Notes under the pieces: model-generated
The model's database searches: none
What the model saw: the letters and a program-made list of their open reading frames with translations, nothing else
Told to the model about the DNA's origin: nothing
Assembly: GCA_038087875.1 (NCBI GenBank)
Contig: JAXLNO010000594.1
Coordinates: forward strand, 1 to 58,289
Length of the DNA stretch: 58,289 bases
From: Malacoraja senta
Lineage: Eukaryota
Direction of reading: 5' to 3'
Program-made: the position numbers and the translations under genes
Shown: positions 13,477 through 24,499 of the stretch, one piece after another
Layout: each line of letters starts with the position of its first letter
How positions within the stretch are numbered: the stretch's first letter is position 1

Positions 13477-14511
13477 GAGCATGACCGAGTTACGGACAAT
13501 AACGATACGGAGTACAAGAAGGAGATAGATAACTTAGTGACTTGGTGTCAGGACATTAACATCTCCGTCAATGTCAGCAAGGCGAAGGAGATGGCTGTTG
13601 ACTCGGGGATAGATGGTGGAGTTGATGCCCTAATCTGCATCGATGGAACGGAAATGAAAATTGTTGAGAGGTCATGTTGCATGGCGTTAATCTTATCAAC
13701 AATATGTTGGGGTGCAATCACTTTCAGGCGACACTCAAGAAGTCACACCAACACCTTTACCTCAGGAGGAGACTGGGAAAAATAATAAACCTGAACCTCA
13801 ATCTAAAACATAATGCGCCGCGTATCAGAGCTATTTACAACAACACAAACCCAGCTGGATGTCTCAGGGCTTGTAGAAGGATTGCATCCTCCATCGTTGT
13901 GCAACTCGGCACAGTTAATGAATATATTTTGCACAAATTGGTCGCTTTGTGTTTTTACAGAAGTCGAATTCCCAAATGCACTGGGCATTTCCAAGGAGAA
14001 CGGGATGATGGATAATATAGAGTCATGGTGTCAATGAATCATACAGTGTGGAAACTGGCCTTTCGTCCCATTTGCCCGCACCACAATCATGTCCCATCTA
14101 CACGAGTCCCCCAGGCCTGCGTTTGGCGCGTGTTACTCTAAACCTGCCCTATTCATGTACCTATCCAAATCTTTCAAACGTTGCGATAATACCTGTCTCA
14201 GCTGTCTGCTCTGGCCGCTTGTCCAGACTCACTCCCCTTTGTTTCAAGGGACTCACTCCCCTTTGTTTAATTTTTTTATCCATCGTGTTCCTATTAAACC
14301 TTTCCCCATTACCTTAAACCTATGTACTGTGGTTCTCGATTCACCTATTCTGGGCAGGAGACTCCGTGCGTCTCCGCTATCTATTATTTTCATGGTTTTG
14401 TACTCAAATGTTCATATTTGCAAATACATGGAAATTCAGTATTTGTTGGAAATAAGAACAATATTAACATCACAATCTGTTTCATCAAATATATTCTTCA
14501 TTTTGTATTTT

Positions 14512-15253
14512 CTCCGCGTCGCCTCATCGCCAACAATCCGTCTCGACCGTTCTCTGTTTTTTTATCATTTAAAGTTTGTCTTAAATGTATGTTTCAATGT
14601 TACTTGCTATGTTTTATGTGGGGACTGAAGAGGAGGGGGGGGTCGGGGGGGAAATTGTCCAGTCACGTACCTCGACTGAGATGCGATCTTTCACAGTTTC
14701 GCATCTACGTCCCCCCTGCGGCCTAACAACATGGAGTGGCACGGCCTTTCTTGGAGCCCGGCCCGGAGTCTCCAGCGGCGGGCGCGGCGTGGACTTACCA
14801 TCGAGGAGCGTGCGATCCTTTGCCGAGGATCTCCAGCGAAAGTGCTCCGACCGCGGGGCCTCTGGACTTCAACATCGTGTAGCCGCGGTCTCCGGTAAGA
14901 AGAGGCCGACTCGGGAGCTCCATGCCGCGTAGTGTTCCGATTCGTCCCGACGCTGGAGTTTCGATCATCCCGACGCGAGGGCTTGAACTTCGGACCGTCG
15001 GCAGCGGCGAACTGCGGAGGGTTCAAAGGCCCCGACCACGGGTGAACAAAGGAGGAAGATGACCGAACTTTATTGCTTCCATCACAGTGAGGAATGTTGA
15101 TTCCATTGTGGTGGATGTTTATGTTAAATTTTATTTCACGTGACTGTGCGTATTGTTGCTTTGCACTCAGTATGGCTGTATGGTAACTCAAATATCACTG
15201 TACCTCAATTGGTGCATGTGACAATCAACGCGAACTTGAATTTGAACTTGAAC
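14512..15253 (+). mobile_element. GC-rich non-autonomous retroelement with Rex1-type 3' tail
   Basis: GC-rich body, then GAACAAAGGAGGAAG...CTTCCATCACAGTGAGG...GTGGATGTT...TGACAATCAA and a (CTTGAA)n tail; layout shared with about 7 other copies in the window. Confidence 0.7.
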
Positions 15254-15479
15254 TTTGCTTCATCCAAAGCACGAGTTTGAATTGATTGTGTCCATGTATG
15301 GTAGGTCTGATCTGAGTGGATAGCATGTAAAACCACGCGTTTCACTGTACCTCGGCATGTAATAATAATAAATGTAGCCTAACCCTAGGCAAACATATTG
15401 ATTGGAGATAAGTAATAACTGTGATCAGAGCGGGTCTATTGGTAATATGATGGGGACAAAGAATGTACACGTGACACAC

Positions 15480-15572
15480 CCGGTTTTGCTGCACAAGAGA
15501 AGTAAAATTCCTCGTATGTTGCAAAACATATTTGGCGAATAAAATCTGATTCTGATTCTGATTCTGATTCTG
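15480..15572 (+). mobile_element. Very short LINE 3'-tail insertion with (TCTGAT)n
   Basis: AAATTCCTCGTATGTTGCAAAACATA...AATAAA followed by TCTGAT repeats; interrupts a block that is continuous in other unit copies. Confidence 0.6.
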
Positions 15573-16699
15573 AAAAGAATCGTTGGTCACCACGAATGCA
15601 TAGTTCGACAAATGCGAAGAGGGGTTGGGAGGAGGAGAAAGAACACAGTAAAATGCTAATACTGTATTGCGCACCGCAGTTATTGCTTGGCATCTGAAAT
15701 ACAAGGAAAACATGTTAAACCCAGAAGATTCAGACTTGAGAGGACAACGGATCTAATGTCAGAAATGAATGACCATATCAAAGCTCCGATCTTGTAGAAA
15801 CAAGTACACGCTGTGTTCTTGTTTCACAAAGCACACGCCCGCAAACATAGGTGTTTCACCGCACTGTGGATTAGAGTGTAAACTGGCTAGTCAGCGCATC
15901 TCAACATTGCTGCAGAATCAGTTGATGCCCAACATTTATTGCTCAACAGAAATAAACAAACAGAGCTACCAATTACAACTGTCGAGTTGCCTATTCAAGG
16001 AAATAGTGGTGAACCCGACTGACGAAGATACCACGTGTGGAGAAATGTGCATATACTGGACCAATATTCACTGAGTCACACAGCAGAGAAATGGGCCGAA
16101 AAACTGTCTGTTTGTCTGCTGTCCTATTATTAAATTCCATCTACGAGCACTTAATGTGCAGAATATTATGCCCTGGAACTTCCTCTTTTAGGGGAAGTGA
16201 TACTTACCTTCGACTCGGGCAGAGACTGAATTCCAGACGTATCCGTCGCATCAAGTGGCTCTCAAAGGGCGAACAATTGTCCAGATCATCCATTCTGCGC
16301 AGTTGGTAAGAATGACAAGTGAATGTATTGACCCCAACATCGAGACTTCTGCGAGGCCTTTGCAAGATAGATTTGAAAGAATTGCAGCCCGCATGTGGAT
16401 TATTACGTTATGATCATCGTTCAGAATAAGAATTCACCTTGGAGTGACATGAGGTCAGATGTAATATATTCTCGCTGATATATTTGAATCTACAGTATTA
16501 TCTACCCCACAAAACGAGAATGACATTTTATGAAATGCAAACATGGTTGGGGTGAACATATCTGTGGCAAATAGGGAAATGAACACTGATGTGACCTGGT
16601 TGGAAATGAATATAAAACCAAGAACAGTTTGTAATTATGATATTGAATTCCAAACAGACTTGAGCTTGACATTGTGCGTGTGACGGTGTGTACCTGTGT

Positions 16700-17830
16700 C
16701 AGCTGGGGAAGGGGTGGCAGTTATCCTCAAACCACGGGATCTCGGAATCTGCTCTCCCTCGGGCACTGCTTCCAAGGCTCCAATGCCCACGGACCTCAGT
16801 CAATGAGAATAGGGGACAGCATCGCCTTCATAATAAATCTCTACATCGATGCCCTGCAAGGACTCAGTCCCCTAATATTCTCCCTTTACACTCTCGACTG
16901 TACGGATACATTTGGCTCTAATCATATCTACAGGTTTACGCACAAACCCACTGTGGTTGGTCAAATCAGGAATAATTGCAATATTGAGTACAGGAGGATG
17001 ATAGAGAACTAAGATACATGGTGTCTGGACAATAATCTTTCCCTCAATGTCAGCAAGACGAAGGAGCTAGTTATTGACTTCAGGAAACATGGTGCAGGAC
17101 ATGCCCAATCAGCATCAATGGTGCAGAAGTGGAAATAGATGACAGCTTTGCCTTGGTGTTAATACTATCAAAGCTCTGTTGTGGATCACCCACATAGATG
17201 CAACAATCCAGAAGGCAGACTAACGTCTTTATATCCCGAGGAGACAGAGAAATCTCGTCATGTCTCCAGTGACTGTTCCAAACTTCTGTAGATGCAGAAT
17301 AGAAAGCATCATGTAGGGTTCCATCACAGCTTGTTTTGAGAAAAGCTCTGCCTAGCAACACAAGCAATTGGGGAGATTTGTAGATGTAGCCCTGTCCGTC
17401 ACACAGACCAGACTTCTCACCACTGATACAATCTACACTTTACTCTGCCTCGGAAAAGCAGCCAATGCAACGAATGACCCGTTTCACCACGACCATTCCT
17501 TCTTCTGCCTGCTCCAGTCGGCACAAAGTACACACGCGGGAAAGCGCGCACCACCACTAGCTTCTTCTCGTCCGTTATCGGGCTTCATAAGGGTCATTCT
17601 ATAAGCTATTATGCTGTTTATTTCACATTTCCCAATTGATGACAATGGACTTTTCTCTGGAGCTGATACGCTACATCGCTGAAACTATATTCTGCTCTCT
17701 GAATCTGCTCCTTTCCTCTCTCTGTTATACGTGAGTTTGAAATGATTGTACCTATGCACGGAATATCTGTTCTGCCAGGATTACATGCAAACACAGTTTT
17801 TTCACTGTACCTCTGTATATTTCACAATAA
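16700..17830 (+). mobile_element. Decayed Rex1-clade RT/3' end that is part of the repeat unit
   Basis: ORF 16674 (PQSMRIGD...LSPLIFSLYTLDC) is a degenerate Rex1 RT; homologous pieces near 9400, 12400, 13480 (+) and 35575-36480 (-). Confidence 0.75.
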
Positions 17831-18534
17831 TAATCCTAATCCTGAACCTGTACCTGAAACCTAATGTGCCTCGCATCTTAATTGTTTACAACTCTGCCAA
17901 ACCAGTGGGAGGTCTCAAAGGTGAGATCAGTATTGCATCATCTGTCGCTCTAACTGTGCACTTCAGAACAGTTGAATAAGAATTTCTGCATCTGTTTGAA
18001 TGAATCTTTTGTGTTTTTATAAAAAGCTCGAATTCTGCAACTGTGAATGTCCGTTTCTTAGGACAAAGATAGACCGGAATTACGCAATGCGGTTTGCACA
18101 GATGTTGTTCATTCTGACAAATTTACGGATAAATCAGGCTTTTCATAAGATTCAAGAACGATGTTCAACATGATATTCTATATCATGAACTATAGTCTAC
18201 ATTCTGTATCTTCATCTTTGCTCTATGTATTGTACGTTTGAAGTGTTTGCATCTACATATGAAGTATCTGGACATTTTGAATAACATGGAAAACAAAGAT
18301 TTCCACCGTACCCCAGTACCCATGACAGTAATAGACCTTACCTGAGGTAACACAAACCTAATCATCTGCGGTGAGTAACAAACATGTCCAGAGCGGTAAT
18401 GTTCGTACTATGATGGAGACAGGAGACGATGAAGATTGGAGACGATGTTGATGTATAAGAGAAGGTGATTAACGGTTGTTAACAATAAATTAATTGTTGG
18501 ACAAGTGCAAAAGGAAGGCGCCGAGAGGGGATAG

Positions 18535-19435
18535 GATGTATCATCGCCGCTAGGCCCATCTACCAGATTAGGCAAATATCCTTCTAAACCTAACCTGTTT
18601 ATGTACCTGTCTAAAAGTTTCTTATACAGTGCGATAGCACCTGCCTCATCCCCCTCCTCCGACAGCTCGATCCACACACCTACCATGTTTTGTTTAAACA
18701 ATTTGCCGCTCAGGTTCCTATTAAATCTCTCAACCCGCTCCTTGAACCGTGTCCCATTGTTCTCGATTCCCCTTCTCTGGTTCAAAGTTTGTCTATTTAC
18801 ACTATAGTTTCATCTCATGATCGTGTATACACGTCCTCCTGTGCTCCAATAAATAAAGACCTAGCCTCCTAAACTTCTCCCTTTCGCTCAGTAACTCAAG
18901 TCCTGGCGACATCCCAGTGAATCTCTTATGTACCTCCTTCCAGTTGACACTATCTTTCACCAACAGGATGACCAAAACTGGACTCAACACTCTGTGAGGC
19001 CTCACCAATGTCTTGTACACGTGTAATATGACCTCCCTACATCTATATTCAATATTCTGATTGATGATGGCCTATGTGCCAAAAGCCTTCTTGACCACCC
19101 TATCTACTTGTGACGCCACGTTCAAGGAGCTACAGTATGTATCTGCAATGTTGGATCCCTCTTCACTACAACACTGCCCTGACACCTACATTTCACTATG
19201 TAAGTCCTGCGCTGGTTTGACTTCCCAAAATGCAAAACTTAACAATTATCAGCATTAAACTCCAACACAACTCATCAGCCCACCTGCTCAACTGCTCAAG
19301 GTCCTGCTGTCATTCTTAACAACCATCTTCGCTATCGACAATACTACCAACCATAGTGAAATCGGCAAACTTATTAATGATGTATACGTTCTCATCCAAA
19401 TCCTTGATATAGATGACAAACAGCAATGGGTCCAG
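18535..19435 (-). mobile_element. Decayed CR1 RT/3' region
   Basis: ORFs 18802..19020 (YKTLVRPH...RFTGM...LGLYLLE) and 19316 (PLLFVIYIKDLDE...KFAD). Confidence 0.75.
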
Positions 19436-19439
19436 CACC

Positions 19440-20221
19440 GACGCCTGAAGTGTGTATGAATCATTGGTGACATGCCGAATTTCCTCAGATTCCTTTTGAT
19501 GTGCTTTTGTGACTGACGCTTCAATATGGTCGGTGCCCGACAGATCTTTGGTGATATTAATGCCATGGAATTTCAAGTTGTCAACCGTTTCCACTTTGGC
19601 CCCAAAGGTGCAGATTGGGGCAGGGTACTCCATCATTTTCCTGAAGACAGTAACTAGCTCCTTCGTGTTGCTGGCATTGAGTGAGAGAGTAATCTCCGGA
19701 CACCAACCATGTTGCTAAGCTCCCCGTCTTCCTCTTGTGCTCCGTCTCGTCAGTGTTGATGATCCGTCCACCACAGAGTTGTCACCTGCAGACTTGTAGA
19801 TGTGGCTTTTTGCCGAATTTGGCCGCACAGTTCTGAGTGTACAGGAGACAAGGGACTGCATCCGAGCCAGTAGCTCTCCACAGATTCACTCTCAGGATAG
19901 CCTGCCACGGTAACCTTTGGTACAGGTGAACCCGAGACTGATGGAGCGGGAAATATTCCTCCAGACATTCTGTTCAAAGCGGGCGGAGAATGCATTCAGC
20001 TCCTCGGGGAGTGACCCGTTGTTGCCATCGATGTTGCCCGCCTTCGCTTTGTAGCCCGTTCCAGCGTGCAAGCCTTGCCACAATCTGCGGGTATCCGTCT
20101 CATTGCCTCGGGTCTCCAGCTTGGTCCGGAATTCCCTCTTGGCATCCTTAATGGCTCTGCGACGGTCATAGATAGATTTCCCGTGCCGCACGGCATGGAC
20201 TGTCGTGAATGCTGCAGACTT
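19440..20221 (-). mobile_element. Rex1-clade fragments
   Basis: ORF 19892..20266 (RAIKDAKREF...DTRRLWQGL...SLPEELNAFSARFE) matches the 31887 Rex1 ORF. Confidence 0.8.
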
Positions 20222-20543
20222 GGGACGGCACGGTGTCGTAGCGGTAGAGTTGCTGCCTTGCAGCACCAGAGACCTGGGTTCGATCCTGACTACGGGTGCA
20301 GTCCGTTAGGAGTTGATATGTTCTCCCCGTGACCTGCGTGGATTTTGTCCGGCTGCTCCGATTTCATCCCACACTCCAAAGTCGCACAGAACAAGTTTGT
20401 AGATTAATTAGTTTAATAGAACAGTAAATTGTTCCTGGTGTGTGTATGATAGTGTTAGTTTACGGGGATCGCTGGTCAGCGCAGACACGGTGGGCCGAAG
20501 GGCCTGTTTCCCGGTTGTATCTCTAAACTAAACTAAAGTAAAC
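20222..20543 (+). mobile_element. tRNA-derived SINE (HE1/V-SINE-like)
   Basis: GGCACGGTG..GCGGTAGAG A box, GGTTCGATCC B box, GGGCCGAAGGGCCTG and a (CTAAA)n tail. Confidence 0.85.
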
Positions 20544-20547
20544 TTGA

Positions 20548-20643
20548 AGGTAGACAAAAATGCTGGAGAAACGCAGCGGGTGAGGCAGCATCTATGGAGC
20601 GAAGGAGTAGTGACGTTTCGGGTCGAGACTCTTCTTGAGACTT
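20548..20643 (-). mobile_element. Short Penelope pseudo-LTR derivative with mutated hammerhead core
   Basis: Minus strand reads AGTCTCAAGAAGAGTCTCGACCCGAAACGTCACT...GATGCTGCC...TTTCTCCAGCATTTTTGTCTACC; same as the end of the Penelope fragment at 30380-30708. Confidence 0.7.
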
Positions 20644-20854
20644 GAGATTCACCTGTGAATGGAGCTCACGGATCACCCATGGTTTCGGTTTGGGGATTAT
20701 ACGTATCGTATTCTTCGGTTCACAGTGTCCTTGTGTGAATAAACCAGCGTCTACAGTTCTTTGTTCCCAGCATGTGTTTATGTGCTGTGCTGTTCCCTGC
20801 TCCCTTTGTTCTGCAGCTCGCTGTATAACTGGCTCTGTTGTGAGCCCAGGTGTA

Positions 20855-21078
20855 CTCCGCGCCCGCCCCCAACTCTCTGGCTGAGGCGGCGGTTGCCAAT
20901 AGAAACGGGGAACGGCGGCAGGTTACTGGGAGGGTCGGTGCAGGTTTCCTTTGTGTGGAAATGAGGCTGCGGTGTTGTTTACCTGCTGCTGCAAGTCCCG
21001 CCCAAAGCAGCGATTGCCATTGAAACAACGGCAGACTGATTCACAGTCCGGAGCGGTGACAATTTGTCCGCGACTTCA
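20855..21078. promoter_or_regulatory. Putative CpG-rich promoter with RFX X-box-like motifs and GC boxes
   Basis: GC/CpG-rich patch not repeated in the window; GTTGCCAATAGAAAC (20892-20906), ATTGCCATTGAAAC (21013-21026), CCCGCCC near 20862 and 20997. Confidence 0.4.
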
Positions 21079-21611
21079 TAGACATAGAAACATAGAAACA
21101 TAGAAATTAGGTGCAGGAGTAGGCCATTCGGCCCTTCGAGCCTGCACCGCCATTCAATATGATCATGGCTTATCATCCAACTCAGTATCCCGTACCTGCC
21201 TTCTCTCCATACCCTCTGATCCCTTTAGCCACAAGGGCCACATCTAACTCCCTCTTAAATATAGCCAATGAACTGGCCTCGACTACCCTCTGTGGCAGAG
21301 AGTTCCAGAGATTCACCACTCTCTGTGTGAAAAAAGTTCTTCTCATCTCGGTTTTAAAGGATTTTCCCCGTATCCTTAAGCTGTGACCCCTTGTCCTGGA
21401 CTTCCCCAACATCGGGAGCAATCTTCCTGCATCTAGCCTGTCCAACCCCTTAAGAATTTTGTAAGTTTCTATAAGATCCCCTCTCAATTTCCTAAATTCT
21501 AGAGAGTATAAACCAAGTCTATCCAGTCTTTCTTCATAAGACAGTCCTGACATCCCAGGAATCAGTCTGGTGAACCTTCTCTGCACTCCCTCTATGGCAA
21601 TAATGTCCTTC
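21079..21611 (-). mobile_element. Young CR1 3' fragment
   Basis: ORF 21182..21682 from KDIIAIEGVQRRFTRL onward is nearly identical to the 53 kb CR1; (TATGTTTC)n tail. Confidence 0.92.
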
Positions 21612-22114
21612 GTTGTCCAGTGTTTGGGCAGTGATCGTTTGTGGAGACGCCCCACTGGATAAACCTGTGTCCGTTGTATCATTGTCCTCCGGAACTCACA
21701 GAGGACTGAGTCATTGTATTATCCCTTCTGTGGCCGACGTCTGGGCACCGTGGACGCGGGCTAGAAGGCGACAATGTTGATCCGCTCTATCGCTCGTTTT
21801 ATCTTGGACGGAGCTTACTGCGATTTCCCTGAAGTTTTTAATTTCAAATTCACAATTTTTACTGGCGATTGGGCGATGGTTCCGTTGCCTCGGCTGCTTG
21901 ATCCTTGGTGTGTTGAGGGTCTGAGTCTCGGACTACAGGAGAAACCGGAAATGCCCCGTCACTCTCCCTGGAAAACTGCTCGGAATGCCAACTTCTGGTC
22001 GGAGAACCGAAGCAGAAATTAGTTTGTTTGAGGTAAGGGTTTGAATGGGAAGAAAAGACGGGTAGTTGGGGGTTGCATGCAGAGAGAGCAGATGAGCAAA
22101 TGTTTTTTTTGTGT

Positions 22115-22325
22115 GGGAAGAAATTGTAGATGCTGGTTTAAACCGAAGAAAGGCACATGAAGCTGGAGTAACTCAGCGGGTCAGGCAGCATCTCGGGGGG
22201 AAAGTAATGGGTGACGTTTCGGCTCGATACCCTTCTTCAGACTGAGAGTCAGAGGAGAGGGGTACAAGTGATATGGATGGTACAAGGTAAAAATAATTGG
22301 ATGATATGCAAAAAAGCCGATAATC
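22115..22325 (-). mobile_element. Penelope-derived short element with intact hammerhead-like core (22210-22244)
   Basis: Minus strand: CAGT-CTGAAGA-AGGGTATCGAGCC-GAAA-CGTC-ACC, then GATGCTGCCTGACCCGCTGAGTTACTCCAGC. Confidence 0.65.
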
Positions 22326-22335
22326 AAAGAAATAC

Positions 22336-22465
22336 CTTCCCCTCTTTCACCCTCACCCTTTGTCCCTCCCTCTTCCCCTCCCTCTTCCACTCCTCTTCCC
22401 CTCCCTCTGCCCCTCTCCTCAGCCCCTCCCCTCCCTCTGCCCCTCCATCTTCCCCTCCCTCTGCC
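22336..22465. repeat. Polypyrimidine/polypurine low-complexity tract (CCCT-rich)
   Basis: About 130 bp of almost only C/T on the + strand. Confidence 0.85.
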
Positions 22466-23116
22466 CACAGACGGAAATCGCGGGAGAGGGGACAGGGGGA
22501 GAACACGCCCCTCCGTGTTTTGAGAGGTGGGGGACAATCACCCCCCCCCCCCCATGTTTTGTAATCCGGATTTTTAAATTCGGTGAAAAAACATGTATTA
22601 ATAATCTCCGCTTTCCGCGAGACATTGGGAGTGGAACTGATGATCGAGGGCGCCGATTGGGCGAGAGAGACGTTAGTCAGCATGCAGTGGGGGGCGGGAT
22701 ATGATGATTCACCGCGATGATTGGAGCAGGGAGTTGTCGGTCAGAGGCGGATGTAGGAGGTGGGGGGTGGGTGGGACTGAGTATAGAGCGCGGTGATTGG
22801 AGGAGGGAGACGTCCTGGTGGAGCAAAGATGATAGACCGGAGCTTAAATCCGCCCGTTTACGGAAGATCCCGCTGCCGATTGTTAGCCGCGCCCTGCGAT
22901 GAAAGGCCCCGCGAATGGGCTGATTGAAGTCCCACGATTCGGCGCGGACGAAGCTGCTGTTGCTGGAGATCGGAGTCGGTCACCAACCAGGTCAGCTCCC
23001 GATGTTACCGTCCACAAGGCCCACGGCTGATGCCTCGCGCGCGCGTGTTTGTTTGTGTGCGTGCGGCACCAAGAAATCGTGTCCCCCCATGTTTTGAAAG
23101 CGGTTTCCGCCCATGG
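22465..23116. mobile_element. Possible non-autonomous DNA transposon (hAT-like MITE)
   Basis: Imperfect terminal inverted repeats CCACAGACGGAAATCGC / GCGGTTTCCGCCCATGG (13 of 17 match) and a repeated subterminal CCCCCCATGTTTTG; no TSD seen. Confidence 0.4.
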
Positions 23117-23207
23117 ACCCCACAGTGCGTCACTCGATCAGTACTGCCACGCACTGCGTCACTAGATCCGTACTACCGCACAGTGTATCACTCCATCGAT
23201 ACAAGAA

Positions 23208-23867
23208 TGTTGATTCCGGATCTAAAACTCTCTGGTTCAGTCCATCACGGAGAGGAACACTAGAATCCAAACCATTGTTTATTTGTAAACAGTACAGCGG
23301 GACCGACCTCGGATCCACTCGCTCGAGCCCCTAGCAGCCTCGCGTAAACAGAACAGAAGGAAATACAACCGACACGCCCCATAGGAAAGTTCACCGTTTT
23401 AAACCCCTATAAACAAAAGGCGCGAAAGTACAGGGGGAGGCAACCCCTACAAGCTAATCACCGATACCGACAAGAACATACCTGGGGAAGTAACTAATTT
23501 GCCCAATCACAGATCAGTACTCATAACATCCAGGTGCAGGCCATCCTTCTGGACCGATCACAGGTACCAGCGGGAAGACACTGAAATAAAGTAGAACATA
23601 AAACTCCCCTAACCAATCATAAACATGAATTCAGGGTATTTGCGCTGAAACATAACAGAAAGCTCTTTAGGAACCCAGACATAGTGGCAACAGGTGGGTC
23701 ACATGGGCAGAAGCTTCCTGGAGCTTCTTCAGAGTTCCAGACTTAGTGGAGCCAGCTGGGTCACATGGGTCTCCAGCACCTTGCAAAGTGATGTCATTAA
23801 CAATGAAGCCCATTCTCTCACAGATACTTGCCATTTTCCAAAGTACCCAAACCCCTGCGCATTCACA
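23208..23867 (-). mobile_element. Putative solo LTR (~660 bp) inside the minisatellite
   Basis: Bounded by TG...CA; minus-strand AATAAA at 23278-23283 with an AT-rich TATA-like stretch ~120 bp upstream; minisatellite units on both sides; no clear TSD. Confidence 0.45.
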
Positions 23868-24222
23868 ACCCCACAGTGTATCACTCCATCGGTATAAACC
23901 CACAGTGTATCACTCCGACAGTACTACCCCACAGTGTATCTCTCCATCAGTACTACCCCACAGTGTATCTCTCCATCAGTACTACCCCACAGTGTATCTC
24001 TCCATCAGTACTACCCCACAGTGTATCACTCCATCAGTACTACCCCACAGTGTATCACTCCATCAGTACTACCCACAGTGTATCACTCCATCAGTACTAC
24101 CCCACAGTGTATCTCTCCATCAGTACTACCCCACAGTGTATCACTCCATCAGTACTACCCCACAGTGTATCACTCCATCAGTACTACCCACAGTGTATCA
24201 CTCCATCAGTACTACCCCCACA
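23868..24222 (+). repeat. 30-bp minisatellite CACAGTGTATCACTCCATCAGTACTACCCC, homogeneous array
   Basis: About 12 near-identical 28-30 bp units; produces the repetitive ORFs at 23746, 23828 and 23934. Confidence 0.95.
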
Positions 24223-24499
24223 ATATATTAGCACAGCAGTACTGTAGTAGCCATTTAGCTCAACTCAGTTTGTTATAACTATAACCAGTTACCTTTATAT
24301 TTTATCTGCCTGTAATTATGTTGGCGGGATTTATACGTAGTCTGAGGTGACTTTGCGGCTGGGATTCTCGCGCAGACTCGCTAGTAGTTTTAATTTAATT
24401 GGAAGAAGCATGGGGGAAGATCGTGCACGAGTTTGACTATGAGTAAGATCAAAATGTATTTATACAAGAAGAGGTTTGGATGAATATCTTAGTTTTAAA

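Larger units (their letters stand above)
1..18520 (+). repeat. Old tandem array of a ~3.5-4.5 kb composite unit (about 4-5 partly deleted, TE-interrupted copies)
   Basis: The same blocks recur in the same order: CATCTTAATTGTTTACAAC...GGGATGTCTC (~1900, 6620, 10540, 13820, 17870); GGAATTATGCAATG...CATGATATTCT.TATCATGAACTAT (~60, 7505, 10710, 18075); GATCAGAGCGGGAATGTTCGTACTATGA...GCATCTGAAATACA (~360, 7890, 11185, 15420, 18385); CAGAATCAGTT...CATTTATTGCTCAACA (~775, 8300, 15915); GACGGTGATACCAC (~4250, 8725, 16020); ATTGACCAGATC...GTGCAGTT (~4500, 8980, 11915, 16275). Confidence 0.85.

Noticed and set aside
20222..20300. tRNA gene
   Set aside because: A/B boxes belong to the SINE head; no full cloverleaf, and the sequence continues into SINE body and tail.
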